A DNA stretch of 64,000 nt from an uncultured Spirochaetota bacterium (GTDB lineage Bacteria > Spirochaetota > Brevinematia > Brevinematales > JAOACQ01): the NCBI GenBank assembly GCA_963835575.1, contig CAWIGG010000004.1:384001-448000 (forward strand), in the 5' to 3' direction. Each line of letters opens with the position of its first letter. Position 1 is the first letter of the stretch. Shown piece after piece: positions 36,803 through 46,336 of this stretch. Under the pieces are notes generated by a model. That model was not told the origin of the DNA, did no database searches, and saw only the letters and a program-made list of their open reading frames with translations. Both the position numbers and the translations under genes were made by a program.

Positions 36803-39379
36803 TTATTTATTATCCTGGATCATAAAATAACCGGTCACAAAAACAAGCGGCGCGTTGTAGTCTATCGCGTATTCATTGCACGAGAAAGAAACAAAACTGT
36901 CAAAATAGCCTTTAGCGCCCAGGCCTGACGGATATGTTCCGTCTTCGGCGCTGCTGTTCGGACCGCCGACAAGGAGGCCAGGCACTGGCACAAAGAGAGA
37001 TTGCACGATCCGGTGATGAGGGTATTTAACGCCGTTGGAGCCGATTTCCGTGATGAAACATTTGCTGAGTGTATTAACGCCAAGAATGTAGTTCAGCTGC
37101 GACCTTGCCGCGTCAATATATTCCTTGTTAGGTAAAAACTGATTGGCTAAAATAAGGTTCATCGCGAAAGCCAGGTCAGTCTTATTTGACGCCCATTTGT
37201 ATTCGGACCCGCCGAGAAAAACCTTATAGCCGTTTTTTCTGTAGTTCTTCATTGTCCATTCGCATGAAGACTTTACCAGAGCGAGAAGTTTTGTCTTGAG
37301 AGTTTTAGGCGTTTTATCCGCTTTCAACAGGGCATATATGGCGAGCGAGGATAAATCATCCCAGCTGATGGGGCTGTATTCCAGGAAACGGGGGGTATAC
37401 TGCAGGGATGTCTTTAAATATTTGTCATTCCCTGTCATTCTGTAAGTTTCCGCGAATGCCCAATAAATCTCGTCATTCACGTTTCCCGTCAGATAAGCGC
37501 CGGTCTTGTCATTCATAGGCCAGAGTGTTTCACTCTTGTGTTTGATCAGAAAATTGATCGCGTTGAGCGAGGCTTTTTTCAGGACTTCAGCGTATTTCGG
37601 GTCGATTTTAGCGAATACCCTGTACGCTACAGCCATTGAACCGGCGTATATAGCGGTATCGGCGGTCCCTTTTTCATAGATCAGCCTCAGGCCGTTATCG
37701 TTCTGAGGAGGGATGTTGCCGGGAAAATCCTTTGTGTTTACTTTATGATAAACGCCGCCGTCCTTATCCTGCATTTTCAGCATCCAGTCCAGTTCATATT
37801 TGACTTCATTAATAAGATCAGGAATACCGTTGCCCGATTCAGGAATGTCCAGCGAGAAGTTTTTAAAGGTATCCGGCGATATTTCATAGAGCATCAATAG
37901 CTCTGCGGTTGTGACACCGGCCGTCGCCATGTATTTGCCGTAATCCCCGGCGTCATGCCAGCCGCCGGTCGTGTTTACATACTGGTCCGGATTTTCATGG
38001 AGATATCCGTCTTTCAGGTGGCAGGCCGGATGAACGATTTTCGATATTGTGTCATTTATATCGATGCCGCATCTCTGCAGGTAGTATGAACGGGTTGTTG
38101 TATAAAAAAGTCTCTTCAGAATATCATCATTGATCTCAAAAGGATAGGAATCCTCAAAATCGGCGATTTTAATAATATATTTCCCGGTATTAGTCAGAGC
38201 GGTGAAATCACCGTAATAATTTGTATCGCTTGTTGAGAAATCAATAGATGGATCCGTTAATGTCCCTTTAAAGGCCACTTTTCCATCCGTTGTCATAACG
38301 GTAAAATCCTTCGAGCTTAGATTTTCTTCATTATCGGTCAAAACAAAGATCTTTTTGTCTTTCGGCAGATAACCCAGCTGGTTTACTTTAATATTTTTAA
38401 CCGGGGTCAGATTGATGCCGGCGGAACTCTCCCTGGATTTTTCCAGTTTTTTATTTATGGCGACATAGTTTACTGTCAGATTCATTTCGCTCATCGTATT
38501 CGGGTCATATTCCAGGCTAATGCCGCCTTCGGTATCTGTCTGGTATTTATCCTCGCCCATTTTTATTTCACCCTGCCAGGGCAGTCCGTTAAACATGACA
38601 TAAATCCTGTGATAGCGCGCGGTGCTGAAGCCTTCGGGCATCAGTATGAAAGTGCCCAGGAAAACTTTTGGGTCGGCGGATATGACGGCTTTTTTCCAGA
38701 ATGATGGATTTACTTCAATTGCCGGGTTGTTTCCTGACCAGACAAGCCCGGTGACTTTATCCTTTGTTCCGTTCCAATCGTCACCGGCAAAATCTATCCA
38801 TACCGGGTCGCCGTCTTTTATTTCAACAGGACCAAAATTCTTGAGAGGAATTTTCGCTTCTAAAATACAGCCGCTGTCATTCTTTATTACGGCAGTTTCC
38901 TGGCCTGTTAATTCCTTGTTTAAATCCCAGATCCATGTCTTTGCCTGGCCGGGCGTCAGGGCAATTCCGAAATGATGGTCCTGACTGGTCATATTGATCT
39001 TTTTCTTTTTATGAAAACCCAGGTAGACTTCAAGGCAGTCTCCCTGATTAATATTGCTCCCCTGGTACGGGTTTAAGCATGGAGTGCTGTCTGTTACAAC
39101 AGAATAAAGATATAGATTTTCCTTATCAAAAAAAGCCCAGACTTTATAACCGGATTCACCGGCGTTTCTCCATTTGCCGCTTCTGATCTGAGTGTAGCTT
39201 TCCATGATGAATGGGACTGTTTTCGGCCAGTCAGCATTGTTCCCGTCAATTTTTACCTTAATATCCGGCTGATAATAAACAGGGAACTGGCTGTCTTCAG
39301 AAAATAACGCTGAAGCGCAAAAAGCGGAACATATCAAAAGCATCAAACCTATAAAACTTTTTTTAACAAAGGATTTCAT
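36803..39379 (-). CDS. Secreted GH9 glycoside hydrolase with N-terminal CBM9/DOMON-like and Ig-like modules
   Basis: Signal peptide; KIDGNNADW...GDCLEVY; VNQLGY; GGWHDAGDYGK; PHHR; NEYAIDYNA. Confidence 0.92.
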   Translation of the reverse strand: MKSFVKKSFIGLMLLICSAFCASALFSEDSQFPVYYQPDIKVKIDGNNADWPKTVPFIMESYTQIRSGKWRNAGESGYKVWAFFDKENLYLYSVVTDSTPCLNPYQGSNINQGDCLEVYLGFHKKKKINMTSQDHHFGIALTPGQAKTWIWDLNKELTGQETAVIKNDSGCILEAKIPLKNFGPVEIKDGDPVWIDFAGDDWNGTKDKVTGLVWSGNNPAIEVNPSFWKKAVISADPKVFLGTFILMPEGFSTARYHRIYVMFNGLPWQGEIKMGEDKYQTDTEGGISLEYDPNTMSEMNLTVNYVAINKKLEKSRESSAGINLTPVKNIKVNQLGYLPKDKKIFVLTDNEENLSSKDFTVMTTDGKVAFKGTLTDPSIDFSTSDTNYYGDFTALTNTGKYIIKIADFEDSYPFEINDDILKRLFYTTTRSYYLQRCGIDINDTISKIVHPACHLKDGYLHENPDQYVNTTGGWHDAGDYGKYMATAGVTTAELLMLYEISPDTFKNFSLDIPESGNGIPDLINEVKYELDWMLKMQDKDGGVYHKVNTKDFPGNIPPQNDNGLRLIYEKGTADTAIYAGSMAVAYRVFAKIDPKYAEVLKKASLNAINFLIKHKSETLWPMNDKTGAYLTGNVNDEIYWAFAETYRMTGNDKYLKTSLQYTPRFLEYSPISWDDLSSLAIYALLKADKTPKTLKTKLLALVKSSCEWTMKNYRKNGYKVFLGGSEYKWASNKTDLAFAMNLILANQFLPNKEYIDAARSQLNYILGVNTLSKCFITEIGSNGVKYPHHRIVQSLFVPVPGLLVGGPNSSAEDGTYPSGLGAKGYFDSFVSFSCNEYAIDYNAPLVFVTGYFMIQDNK

Positions 39380-39401
39380 ATATTCCTCCTGGACTTTTTT
39401 G

Positions 39402-41192
39402 TTATTTATTTGCCTTATACTCTACAATCTTTATGCTGAGCTCCTCAAGCTGTTTTTCTATTACCTGAGAGGGAGTGTCGCTCATCATATCCTGGCCTTT
39501 CTGCGTTTTCGGGAAGGCTATGACATCGCGGATATTATAAAGGCCCTGGAATTCCATCACCATCCTGTCCAGACCGAAGGCCAGGCCGCCATGCGGCGGC
39601 GCGCCGTAACTCAACGCGTCGAGCAGAAAACCGAATTTTATCTTGGCGTCTTCTTCTGAGATATTCAGGATGCTGAATATTTTCTTCTGAACATCCTGAT
39701 TGTGGATCCTGATGCTGCCGCCGCCGAGTTCGATCCCGTTCAGCACAAGGTCATAAGCGTCGGAGCGGACATTGCCGGGGTCTTTATCAAGCTTGTCCAG
39801 GTCGGCCACCTTGGGGGCCGTAAAGGGATGATGCACTGAATCCCAGCGGTTGTCATCCGTATTCCAGTCAAAGAGGGGAAAATCAACGACCCAGACAAAT
39901 TCCATTTTCTTTTTATCGCGCAGGCCGAACCTGTCGCCGATGTTCAGGCGGAGGTTGGCAATGGAATCGTACACGACCTTTTTATTGGTATCGCCTATAA
40001 AGAGAAGTGCAAAGTCCTCTTTGGCGCCGGTGACTTTTATCAAAACCTTCTGCACGTCCGCGGAAAAATATTTGACAATATTGGATTCCAGTTTTCCTTC
40101 CTTGACGCGCATCCAGGCCATTCCCTTCGAGCCGTATTTGCCGACAAAAGCGATAAGGTCGTCCAGATCCTTTCTGGAAAGGCGGCTTCCTTCCGGCACC
40201 GGGAGGCATTTGATCATTCCGCCCGCCTGGGCCACGTTTTTAAAGACCGCGAAGCCGCAGTTTTTGACAGTTTCAGTCACATCGACAATTTCCATTCCGA
40301 AGCGCATATCAGGTCTGTCAATACCGTATTTGTCAATGGCTTCTTTGTATGTGATCCGCTTGATGGGGGTCTTGATTTTTATGCTGTAGTTTTCATCAAG
40401 GATGCGGGAAATCATTTTTTCCATTATAACGATGATATCGTCTTCGGTGATAAAAGACATTTCTATATCGATCTGAGTGAACTCAAGCTGTCTGTCGGCG
40501 CGGAGGTCCTCGTCGCGGAAGCATTTCGCGATCTGGTAATAGCGGTCAATGCCGCCGACCATCAGTATCTGTTTATAAAGCTGAGGCGACTGAGGAAGGG
40601 CGTAAAAATTTCCTGGGGCGAGCCTGGAAGGAACAAGAAAGTCCCGCGCTCCCTCGGGCGTGGATTTATTCAAAATCGGCGTTTCCACTTCCAGAAAGCC
40701 GTTCTCGTCCAAAAACTGGTGGACCGTATTGACAATTTTATGCCGCATATAAAGGTTCTGGTACATCTGGGGCCGGCGGATGTCAAGATAGCGGTATTTA
40801 AGCCGGACTTCTTCGCTCAATTCCTCCTGGTCGATCTGGAAAGGAGGCGTCTTTGATTTATTGAGCATGTCGATTTTATCGATCTTGACTTCATATTTTC
40901 CTGTCGGGATCTTCGGGTTGATATTTTCCGCTGTCCTGAGGAGGACAACGCCGCCCGCGGAAATCACATCCTCGCCTCGGACTTTCTTCGCGATCTCATG
41001 CGCGCCGGGATTCGTCTGCGGGTCAAAGACAAGCTGGATCAGCCCGCTTCTGTCGCGGACGTCCAGGAATGTCAGCCCGCCGTGGTCCCTGTAATTCTGC
41101 GCCCATCCGTTAATGACAACCCTTTTGCCGACAAGGCTGTCTTTATTGACCTCGCCGCAGTAAAGCGTACGTTGCTGTTCTTTTGTAATCAT
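39402..41192 (-). CDS. aspS: Aspartate--tRNA ligase (probably non-discriminating type)
   Basis: RDHGGL, TPEGARDF, LPQSPQ, FRDEDLRADRQ, PPHGG. Confidence 0.98.
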   Translation of the reverse strand: MITKEQQRTLYCGEVNKDSLVGKRVVINGWAQNYRDHGGLTFLDVRDRSGLIQLVFDPQTNPGAHEIAKKVRGEDVISAGGVVLLRTAENINPKIPTGKYEVKIDKIDMLNKSKTPPFQIDQEELSEEVRLKYRYLDIRRPQMYQNLYMRHKIVNTVHQFLDENGFLEVETPILNKSTPEGARDFLVPSRLAPGNFYALPQSPQLYKQILMVGGIDRYYQIAKCFRDEDLRADRQLEFTQIDIEMSFITEDDIIVIMEKMISRILDENYSIKIKTPIKRITYKEAIDKYGIDRPDMRFGMEIVDVTETVKNCGFAVFKNVAQAGGMIKCLPVPEGSRLSRKDLDDLIAFVGKYGSKGMAWMRVKEGKLESNIVKYFSADVQKVLIKVTGAKEDFALLFIGDTNKKVVYDSIANLRLNIGDRFGLRDKKKMEFVWVVDFPLFDWNTDDNRWDSVHHPFTAPKVADLDKLDKDPGNVRSDAYDLVLNGIELGGGSIRIHNQDVQKKIFSILNISEEDAKIKFGFLLDALSYGAPPHGGLAFGLDRMVMEFQGLYNIRDVIAFPKTQKGQDMMSDTPSQVIEKQLEELSIKIVEYKANK

Positions 41193-41218
41193 AAGTCCTC
41201 CGAAAATTTAATTATCCT

Positions 41219-41326
41219 GTACTGAGCAGATTATTTAACCGCGCCTAAGGGCGGTTTTCACATAAAAACAGCTCAATACGTAAAATGAAATCGGTATATT
41301 TTAGAGGAAAAAGAAAAAACTATCAA
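41219..41326 (-). promoter_or_regulatory. aspS promoter and structured 5' leader
   Basis: TTGATA (41321-41326)-17 nt-TAAAAT (41298-41303), then a nested stem-loop at 41219-41279 before the GGAGG SD. Confidence 0.55.
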
Positions 41327-41368
41327 GGCAGGGGTTAAATTTATGATAATAAATAAGTGCAATTAAAT

Positions 41369-42160
41369 TTAATAATCCAGCCACTTCTTAAACCGGATGC
41401 CTATACTGAGAAGAATAAGCGTTATTCCCGCAATAAGGCTTATTATGATCGCGCCGGATGGGTTCGCTTCGACGGCCGTCCTTTTGAGAATGATGCCGAT
41501 GAAAGCCCAGATAATGACAAGACTGTAGGGAATATCATTCCGCCTGAATAACATTGTCATTGTTATCAAAGTAACTATTATAATCATTGCGGCAGTCCAG
41601 AAAACCTCGGTCAGCCCGAAACGGTCCCAATGGATATTGACTAAAAAAGCTGACGCATTGGCGACGAGCGCGACGGAAATCCAGCCTATGTAAACACTGA
41701 AAGGCAGATGCACCATATATTTTTCACCTTTTGATCCGGAATTTATCCCGATATTCAGACGTAAATAAATAATGAGAAGGCAGATAAAAAGAAGTATCAT
41801 AATGAAGAGGGATAAAAGGACCTGCTGATAATGCCATGCGAATATCCAGGCCATATTTAATATGGAAGCGAAGACAAAAAACCATCCGATCTTATCTAAA
41901 AAAGGCATGTTTTGCGCGCCTTTTTTAAAAAGGTCTCTGGCCTGGTAGATGGAAAACAGGAGAAGCAATATATAGATCACTCCCCAGATAGAGAAAATCA
42001 GTCCGGCCGGTACAAATAAATTCGGGTACATATCGGAAAGCGCGCCGGTGCTTTTTCCATTAAGAGGGAGTGTGACCGCGAGCGTATTAATTACAATAGT
42101 CCCTATAAATCCGAGGATATTCAATACCTGAATTAATTTTTTTGTTACAGGATTACTCAT
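41369..42160 (-). CDS. TspO/MBR-related tryptophan-rich membrane protein
   Basis: PAGLIFSIWGVIY, LNMAWIFAWH, FSVYIGWISVA; multiple TM helices. Confidence 0.8.
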   Translation of the reverse strand: MSNPVTKKLIQVLNILGFIGTIVINTLAVTLPLNGKSTGALSDMYPNLFVPAGLIFSIWGVIYILLLLFSIYQARDLFKKGAQNMPFLDKIGWFFVFASILNMAWIFAWHYQQVLLSLFIMILLFICLLIIYLRLNIGINSGSKGEKYMVHLPFSVYIGWISVALVANASAFLVNIHWDRFGLTEVFWTAAMIIIVTLITMTMLFRRNDIPYSLVIIWAFIGIILKRTAVEANPSGAIIISLIAGITLILLSIGIRFKKWLDY

Positions 42161-42229
42161 AAAGACCTCCGTCCATTTTAAAATTAAAAACAAGTTTTAG
42201 TCTAATAAAGATTTCAAAAAGCGCAATAT

Positions 42230-42322
42230 TTATTTTATTACCATGGAATACTTCTGCCCTGGTACCAGAAATAGCCCGAATCTATTTTTGAAACGGCAAA
42301 TGTGTATATATCCTCTTTTCAT
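42230..42322 (-). CDS. Possible 30-aa small protein or 5' gene remnant
   Basis: GGGAGG SD, 5 nt, ATG; MKRGYIHICRFKNRFGLFLVPGQKYSMVIK*. Confidence 0.35.
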   Translation of the reverse strand: MKRGYIHICRFKNRFGLFLVPGQKYSMVIK

Positions 42323-42343
42323 AACCGCCTCCCTTTATTTTTA

Positions 42344-43156
42344 CTATGAAAACAAAGAAATCGCGGCCCCTGCGGCTGTCGCGTACGCGGCGTTTTCCGG
42401 AATGATAAAATTGATTTTATATACTTTTGATAATCCTTCGAAGATATTTTCAGCCGGGGGTATTTGGGCCGGTTTCCCGGTCAGGACAATATCATTCAGA
42501 CCTGCGGACCTCGAAGCAAAAACAGCCATAACCCCTACTGCCTGGAAAATCAGGTTCATTATTCCCAGGGCATAATCATTCATTCCCGCTTTTTCGCTTA
42601 TCCTGCCGAAATTGGAGGCTGTGGCGTTTTCCGGCAGGTTCCCCACTTTTTCTTTGGATATATCGCTGATGACAAGATCGATATTCCGGAGGTTCCCGGA
42701 TTGCGCCAGGCTGATTATATGATCGATATCCGTACTGTTTAATATGCATTTTGCCAGGCCTGTCAATGTCCCGCCGCCGATGCCTGTGCCGCCCAGATGC
42801 GTAATATTTGACCTTTCCGCTTTTACTATGGCTGTTCCTGTTCCCATGCTGACTACTATTGCTTCCTTTTTATTCGATAGAAAGAGGCCGCCCAGGCCGA
42901 TTGCCGTAAATTCATCAATCCTTGATACCGGAAGCCCCATCAGTTTTGAATCGATATAAGAAGCGCCGACGCCTGTGATGGCGATCTTTTCTATATCAGT
43001 AAGGGATAACCGGTTGGAATCAATCAGTTTGCCCAGCGCCGCTGAGGCGGAAGCCGCAGGATCGCCCGCGTTTATAGTCAGATATTGGGAAATTATTTTA
43101 TTCTTCAGGCCGATTATTTTTGTTGTGGATCCGCCGATATCGATGCCTACAAACAT
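42344..43156 (-). CDS. Type II pantothenate kinase-like ASKHA kinase
   Basis: GIDIGGSTTK, TGVGA, EFTAIGLGG, MGTGT, GGTGIGGGT, ASNFG. Confidence 0.85.
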   Translation of the reverse strand: MFVGIDIGGSTTKIIGLKNKIISQYLTINAGDPAASASAALGKLIDSNRLSLTDIEKIAITGVGASYIDSKLMGLPVSRIDEFTAIGLGGLFLSNKKEAIVVSMGTGTAIVKAERSNITHLGGTGIGGGTLTGLAKCILNSTDIDHIISLAQSGNLRNIDLVISDISKEKVGNLPENATASNFGRISEKAGMNDYALGIMNLIFQAVGVMAVFASRSAGLNDIVLTGKPAQIPPAENIFEGLSKVYKINFIIPENAAYATAAGAAISLFS

Positions 43157-43168
43157 AAACAGTCTCCG

Positions 43169-43981
43169 TTATGTTTTGATTTTCTCTCCATTGCCATTTA
43201 TGATCTCTTTTAAAATATAATAAAATTTTTCCCTGGCGTGAATTTCAGTCCACGGCCTGTGGCCGCATTTTGCAAGAATAATATATTGGAAATCTTTTAA
43301 TATTCTATTGAGTGGTTCAATGACGCCTTCCGCCGGATGCGGGTCATAATCCCCATGGATCGCGAAAACCGGGCATTTTATATTTTTCCCATATTCTAGA
43401 AGTGTCCCGCTTTTTCTGAGGCCGCTTGCCTCTTCCCAGATTTTTTCATAAATATCTTCCCGGAAAATGATATCATTTTGATTGAGATCTTTTTTTGACG
43501 GTTCAAAAGAATCAGTTATTGACATCAGTGCGCCGAATTCCCGTAGGATGGAATTTTTATTTTTAGATTCAGGACTGCTTAATTTTGATGAGAATAGATT
43601 TAACTTTATCCTGTCAACATTATTTAAACGGCTTATTCTTGTGTTCATTATGGTCTGCGTGTATTTTTCCTCAAACGGCCCGCTTTCCACAAGGACCAGT
43701 TGTTTAACAAGGTTATTATATTTTGAAGTAAAAATAAAGGACAGCCATGCGCCCCATGAAAAACCTATCAATATTACGGGATTATCCGTGTTTTTTATTA
43801 TGACATCCTTTAATTCTTCCACCTGGCCCTGAATCGAATCGGCTGTCTGCAGAGGCTCCAGAATTCCCGCATAACGGGATAATTCCATGGCAACAGGCTT
43901 CAATTCACCCGCGGCGCCGGGGCCGCCATGGACAAGAGCGGCCTGAAAAGGCATTTTGCCGTATTTTCGTAAGTTTTTCAT
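43169..43981 (-). CDS. Alpha/beta hydrolase
   Basis: HGGPG, GFSWG, IHGDYD, CGH. Confidence 0.9.
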   Translation of the reverse strand: MKNLRKYGKMPFQAALVHGGPGAAGELKPVAMELSRYAGILEPLQTADSIQGQVEELKDVIIKNTDNPVILIGFSWGAWLSFIFTSKYNNLVKQLVLVESGPFEEKYTQTIMNTRISRLNNVDRIKLNLFSSKLSSPESKNKNSILREFGALMSITDSFEPSKKDLNQNDIIFREDIYEKIWEEASGLRKSGTLLEYGKNIKCPVFAIHGDYDPHPAEGVIEPLNRILKDFQYIILAKCGHRPWTEIHAREKFYYILKEIINGNGEKIKT

Positions 43982-44268
43982 TATTCCTTATTGGTCAGAT
44001 TGCTCGCCAGAACTTCCACGCTTTTAATAATACCCATATAGGCGTTTGATAAAATGATAAAGGAAAGACCGGGCCCTATTTTTGACACATCCTGTAGATT
44101 TGCCAGTATATAGACTTGAAAAAGCATGGTGATGGTAAAAACTATCATAAAGGAAAGCTTCGTGGCGACGCCGAATCGGTTCTTTTTCTTCATAAAGATG
44201 AGAAGGCAAATAAGATTGACGGCAATGACAAAAACTATTGCATTAAGATTAAAAAACATACCTATCAT
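43981..44268 (-). CDS. Small membrane protein
   Basis: Three hydrophobic segments, AGGAG SD, stop overlaps the next start codon. Confidence 0.65.
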   Translation of the reverse strand: MIGMFFNLNAIVFVIAVNLICLLIFMKKKNRFGVATKLSFMIVFTITMLFQVYILANLQDVSKIGPGLSFIILSNAYMGIIKSVEVLASNLTNKE

Positions 44269-44292
44269 AAATATACTCCTTATTTAGTTTTA

Positions 44293-44328
44293 GGGCAGTT
44301 CCAAAAACCAATGTTTTTGGAACTGCCC
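44293..44328. mobile_element. 36-bp MITE-like palindrome
   Basis: Perfect 16-bp IR GGGCAGTTCCAAAAAC-caat-GTTTTTGGAACTGCCC, with TTTA on both sides (44289-44292 and 44329-44332). Confidence 0.6.
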
Positions 44329-44663
44329 TTTAATAATAGCGGTTCTTTTTAAAATTCATCAGGCCCGGGGTTCTTTTGTTCATGCCTTTTTGAAATTTGT
44401 CTTTTTAATGTTATTCTTTAATAAATTTTTAAATTCATCAATATCATTTTTATTTTGAAAATATTTTTGAGGCAATATAATAGCCTGATTCCCTGTAGAA
44501 TAGATGAATATTATGTCTTTATGCTCAAAAGCCTTTGTAAAATCGTTCCATTTCATTAAATATGTCCCCCGGTCATTTTTAATATTGATCCCGTCATCGG
44601 CGGTAGTGTATTCGTTTTCCATTTTAAGCCTGCCGTTATTTTTATACATTCTTTTTACCCTGT

Positions 44664-46336
44664 TGCCTGTCGGTTTTTATAACATGCTTCATGGACATAC
44701 GGCAGGGTTCCCGTTAAAATAAAACGGGAGAAAAAGATGGCAAGATTTGAAAAGAACAGCCTGGAGCAGGGTGAGTTCCTCGCGATCAATATAGGCGAGC
44801 AGTTTGATGAGAATTCCAGAGAATTTATACTAAAAGAATTCATCAAAAACCGTATTAAACTGGAGGATTTCGCGGCTTACTATAAGAACAACCATAGAGG
44901 CAGAGAGATTAAAAATCCTCGGGATGTGATCTGTGCGGTACTCTACGGTTACATTACGGGAAATCGTATCAGCCGAAAGATAGAAGATTTGCTGAAAAAA
45001 CACATTGGGTTTATGTATGTTTCAAACCGGCTGAAAATTGACCATTCGGTAATTTGCGAGTTCAAGGTACTTTTTCAGGAAAAGATCGAGGAGTTGTTCA
45101 GCCAGCTTTTATATATACTCAACGAAATGGGGTCTATAGATTGGGACATGGTAGTGGGTGACGGCACAAAGATCAAGGCCTACGCGAGTAAGAATAAGAA
45201 TGTGGGAAAGAAACATACCCGGAAGCTGATGGACACTTACCAGAAGATGGCGGAAAAGATTGTGAAACAAGACCTGGAACTGGAAGAATCTTACCGGGAA
45301 GGCAAGCTGGAGCAGCCTTATTACGAAGCGGAGAAGAAGCGGGTATCAAGGCGGAAAAAGATTTACGATAGTGTTTTGAACCAAATCGATGAATACAAAA
45401 AACAGGTAGAGAGAGGGGAAAAGACAGACGAAGAATTCACCAACCTGACTGATCCCGAAAGCAAGCTGATGTCTGGAAATCCGCATAGTGTGTTTATACA
45501 GGGATATAATTCGGCGATGATGGTCAGTAATAATGATGTGATTATAGATTTTGAAGCAATCACAACACCGGAAAAACAGCATACGGAAGAAATGGTAAAG
45601 AGGGTGGAACAGAAAAAAGCGGAATTAAAAGTTGATAAGGCTAGCAAATACCTTTTTGATTCGGGTTTTCAGGACATGGAAGAGACAATCCGGATGGTGG
45701 AGGAAGGAAAAGACCTTTATGTGGATACGAAAGAGCGGGATTTCAGTGATAAATCACAGAAGCGAAGAGACTTTAAACTGGAAAAGATTGATGACGAATA
45801 TATCCTGGGATGCCGGGGCGGCCGTAAGGAAAATGGGTATTTAGATCGAAATAACCAAAGATATACATTTTTGTATTCACGGAAGGGCTGTGAAAGATGT
45901 CCATTTTTCAGTGAGTGTTATAAAAACATCAAACCGAAAACACAGCAAAAGACAGTAATTTTCAGTGAGTTTGAATTGAATAATCGGTCTAAGATTGATG
46001 CTTATTTAACAAAACTTTACAGCGAAGAAGGGCAAAAGATATACAACCGCAGGATAGGTAAAGAACACGTATTTTCAAACATCAAAACACAGAAGGGTTA
46101 TGTTCAGACAGTTTACAGAGGTCAACGGAAAGTGAATTTGGAGCTATGCTGGGTATCCCTTGCGCATAATTTTATGAAATATGCCCAATATTTGAGAAAA
46201 TAGAGAGGATTTTGTATAGTCTGAGTATCGATTATTCGAAATTTATTATTAAAATCAGCTAAGCTGACAAAATTTTTATTTGCCCGCTTATTGTAAGGGG
46301 CTGGTTTGACTCCGAAAATGAAATAACCGACAGGCA
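44664..46336 (+). mobile_element. IS1182-family insertion sequence (about 1673 bp)
   Basis: Terminal IRs TGCCTGTCGGTT / AACCGACAGGCA flank the transposase. Confidence 0.88.
44737..46203 (+). CDS. IS1182-family transposase
   Basis: LYGY...SRKIE, DHSVICEF, DGTKIKAYAS, NLTDPESKLM...QGYN, DSGF, EHVFSNIK. Confidence 0.92.
   Translation: MARFEKNSLEQGEFLAINIGEQFDENSREFILKEFIKNRIKLEDFAAYYKNNHRGREIKNPRDVICAVLYGYITGNRISRKIEDLLKKHIGFMYVSNRLKIDHSVICEFKVLFQEKIEELFSQLLYILNEMGSIDWDMVVGDGTKIKAYASKNKNVGKKHTRKLMDTYQKMAEKIVKQDLELEESYREGKLEQPYYEAEKKRVSRRKKIYDSVLNQIDEYKKQVERGEKTDEEFTNLTDPESKLMSGNPHSVFIQGYNSAMMVSNNDVIIDFEAITTPEKQHTEEMVKRVEQKKAELKVDKASKYLFDSGFQDMEETIRMVEEGKDLYVDTKERDFSDKSQKRRDFKLEKIDDEYILGCRGGRKENGYLDRNNQRYTFLYSRKGCERCPFFSECYKNIKPKTQQKTVIFSEFELNNRSKIDAYLTKLYSEEGQKIYNRRIGKEHVFSNIKTQKGYVQTVYRGQRKVNLELCWVSLAHNFMKYAQYLRK

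Noticed and set aside
41193..41300. T-box riboswitch before aspS
   Set aside because: The leader is about 100 nt, with no UGGNACC T-box motif and no terminator.
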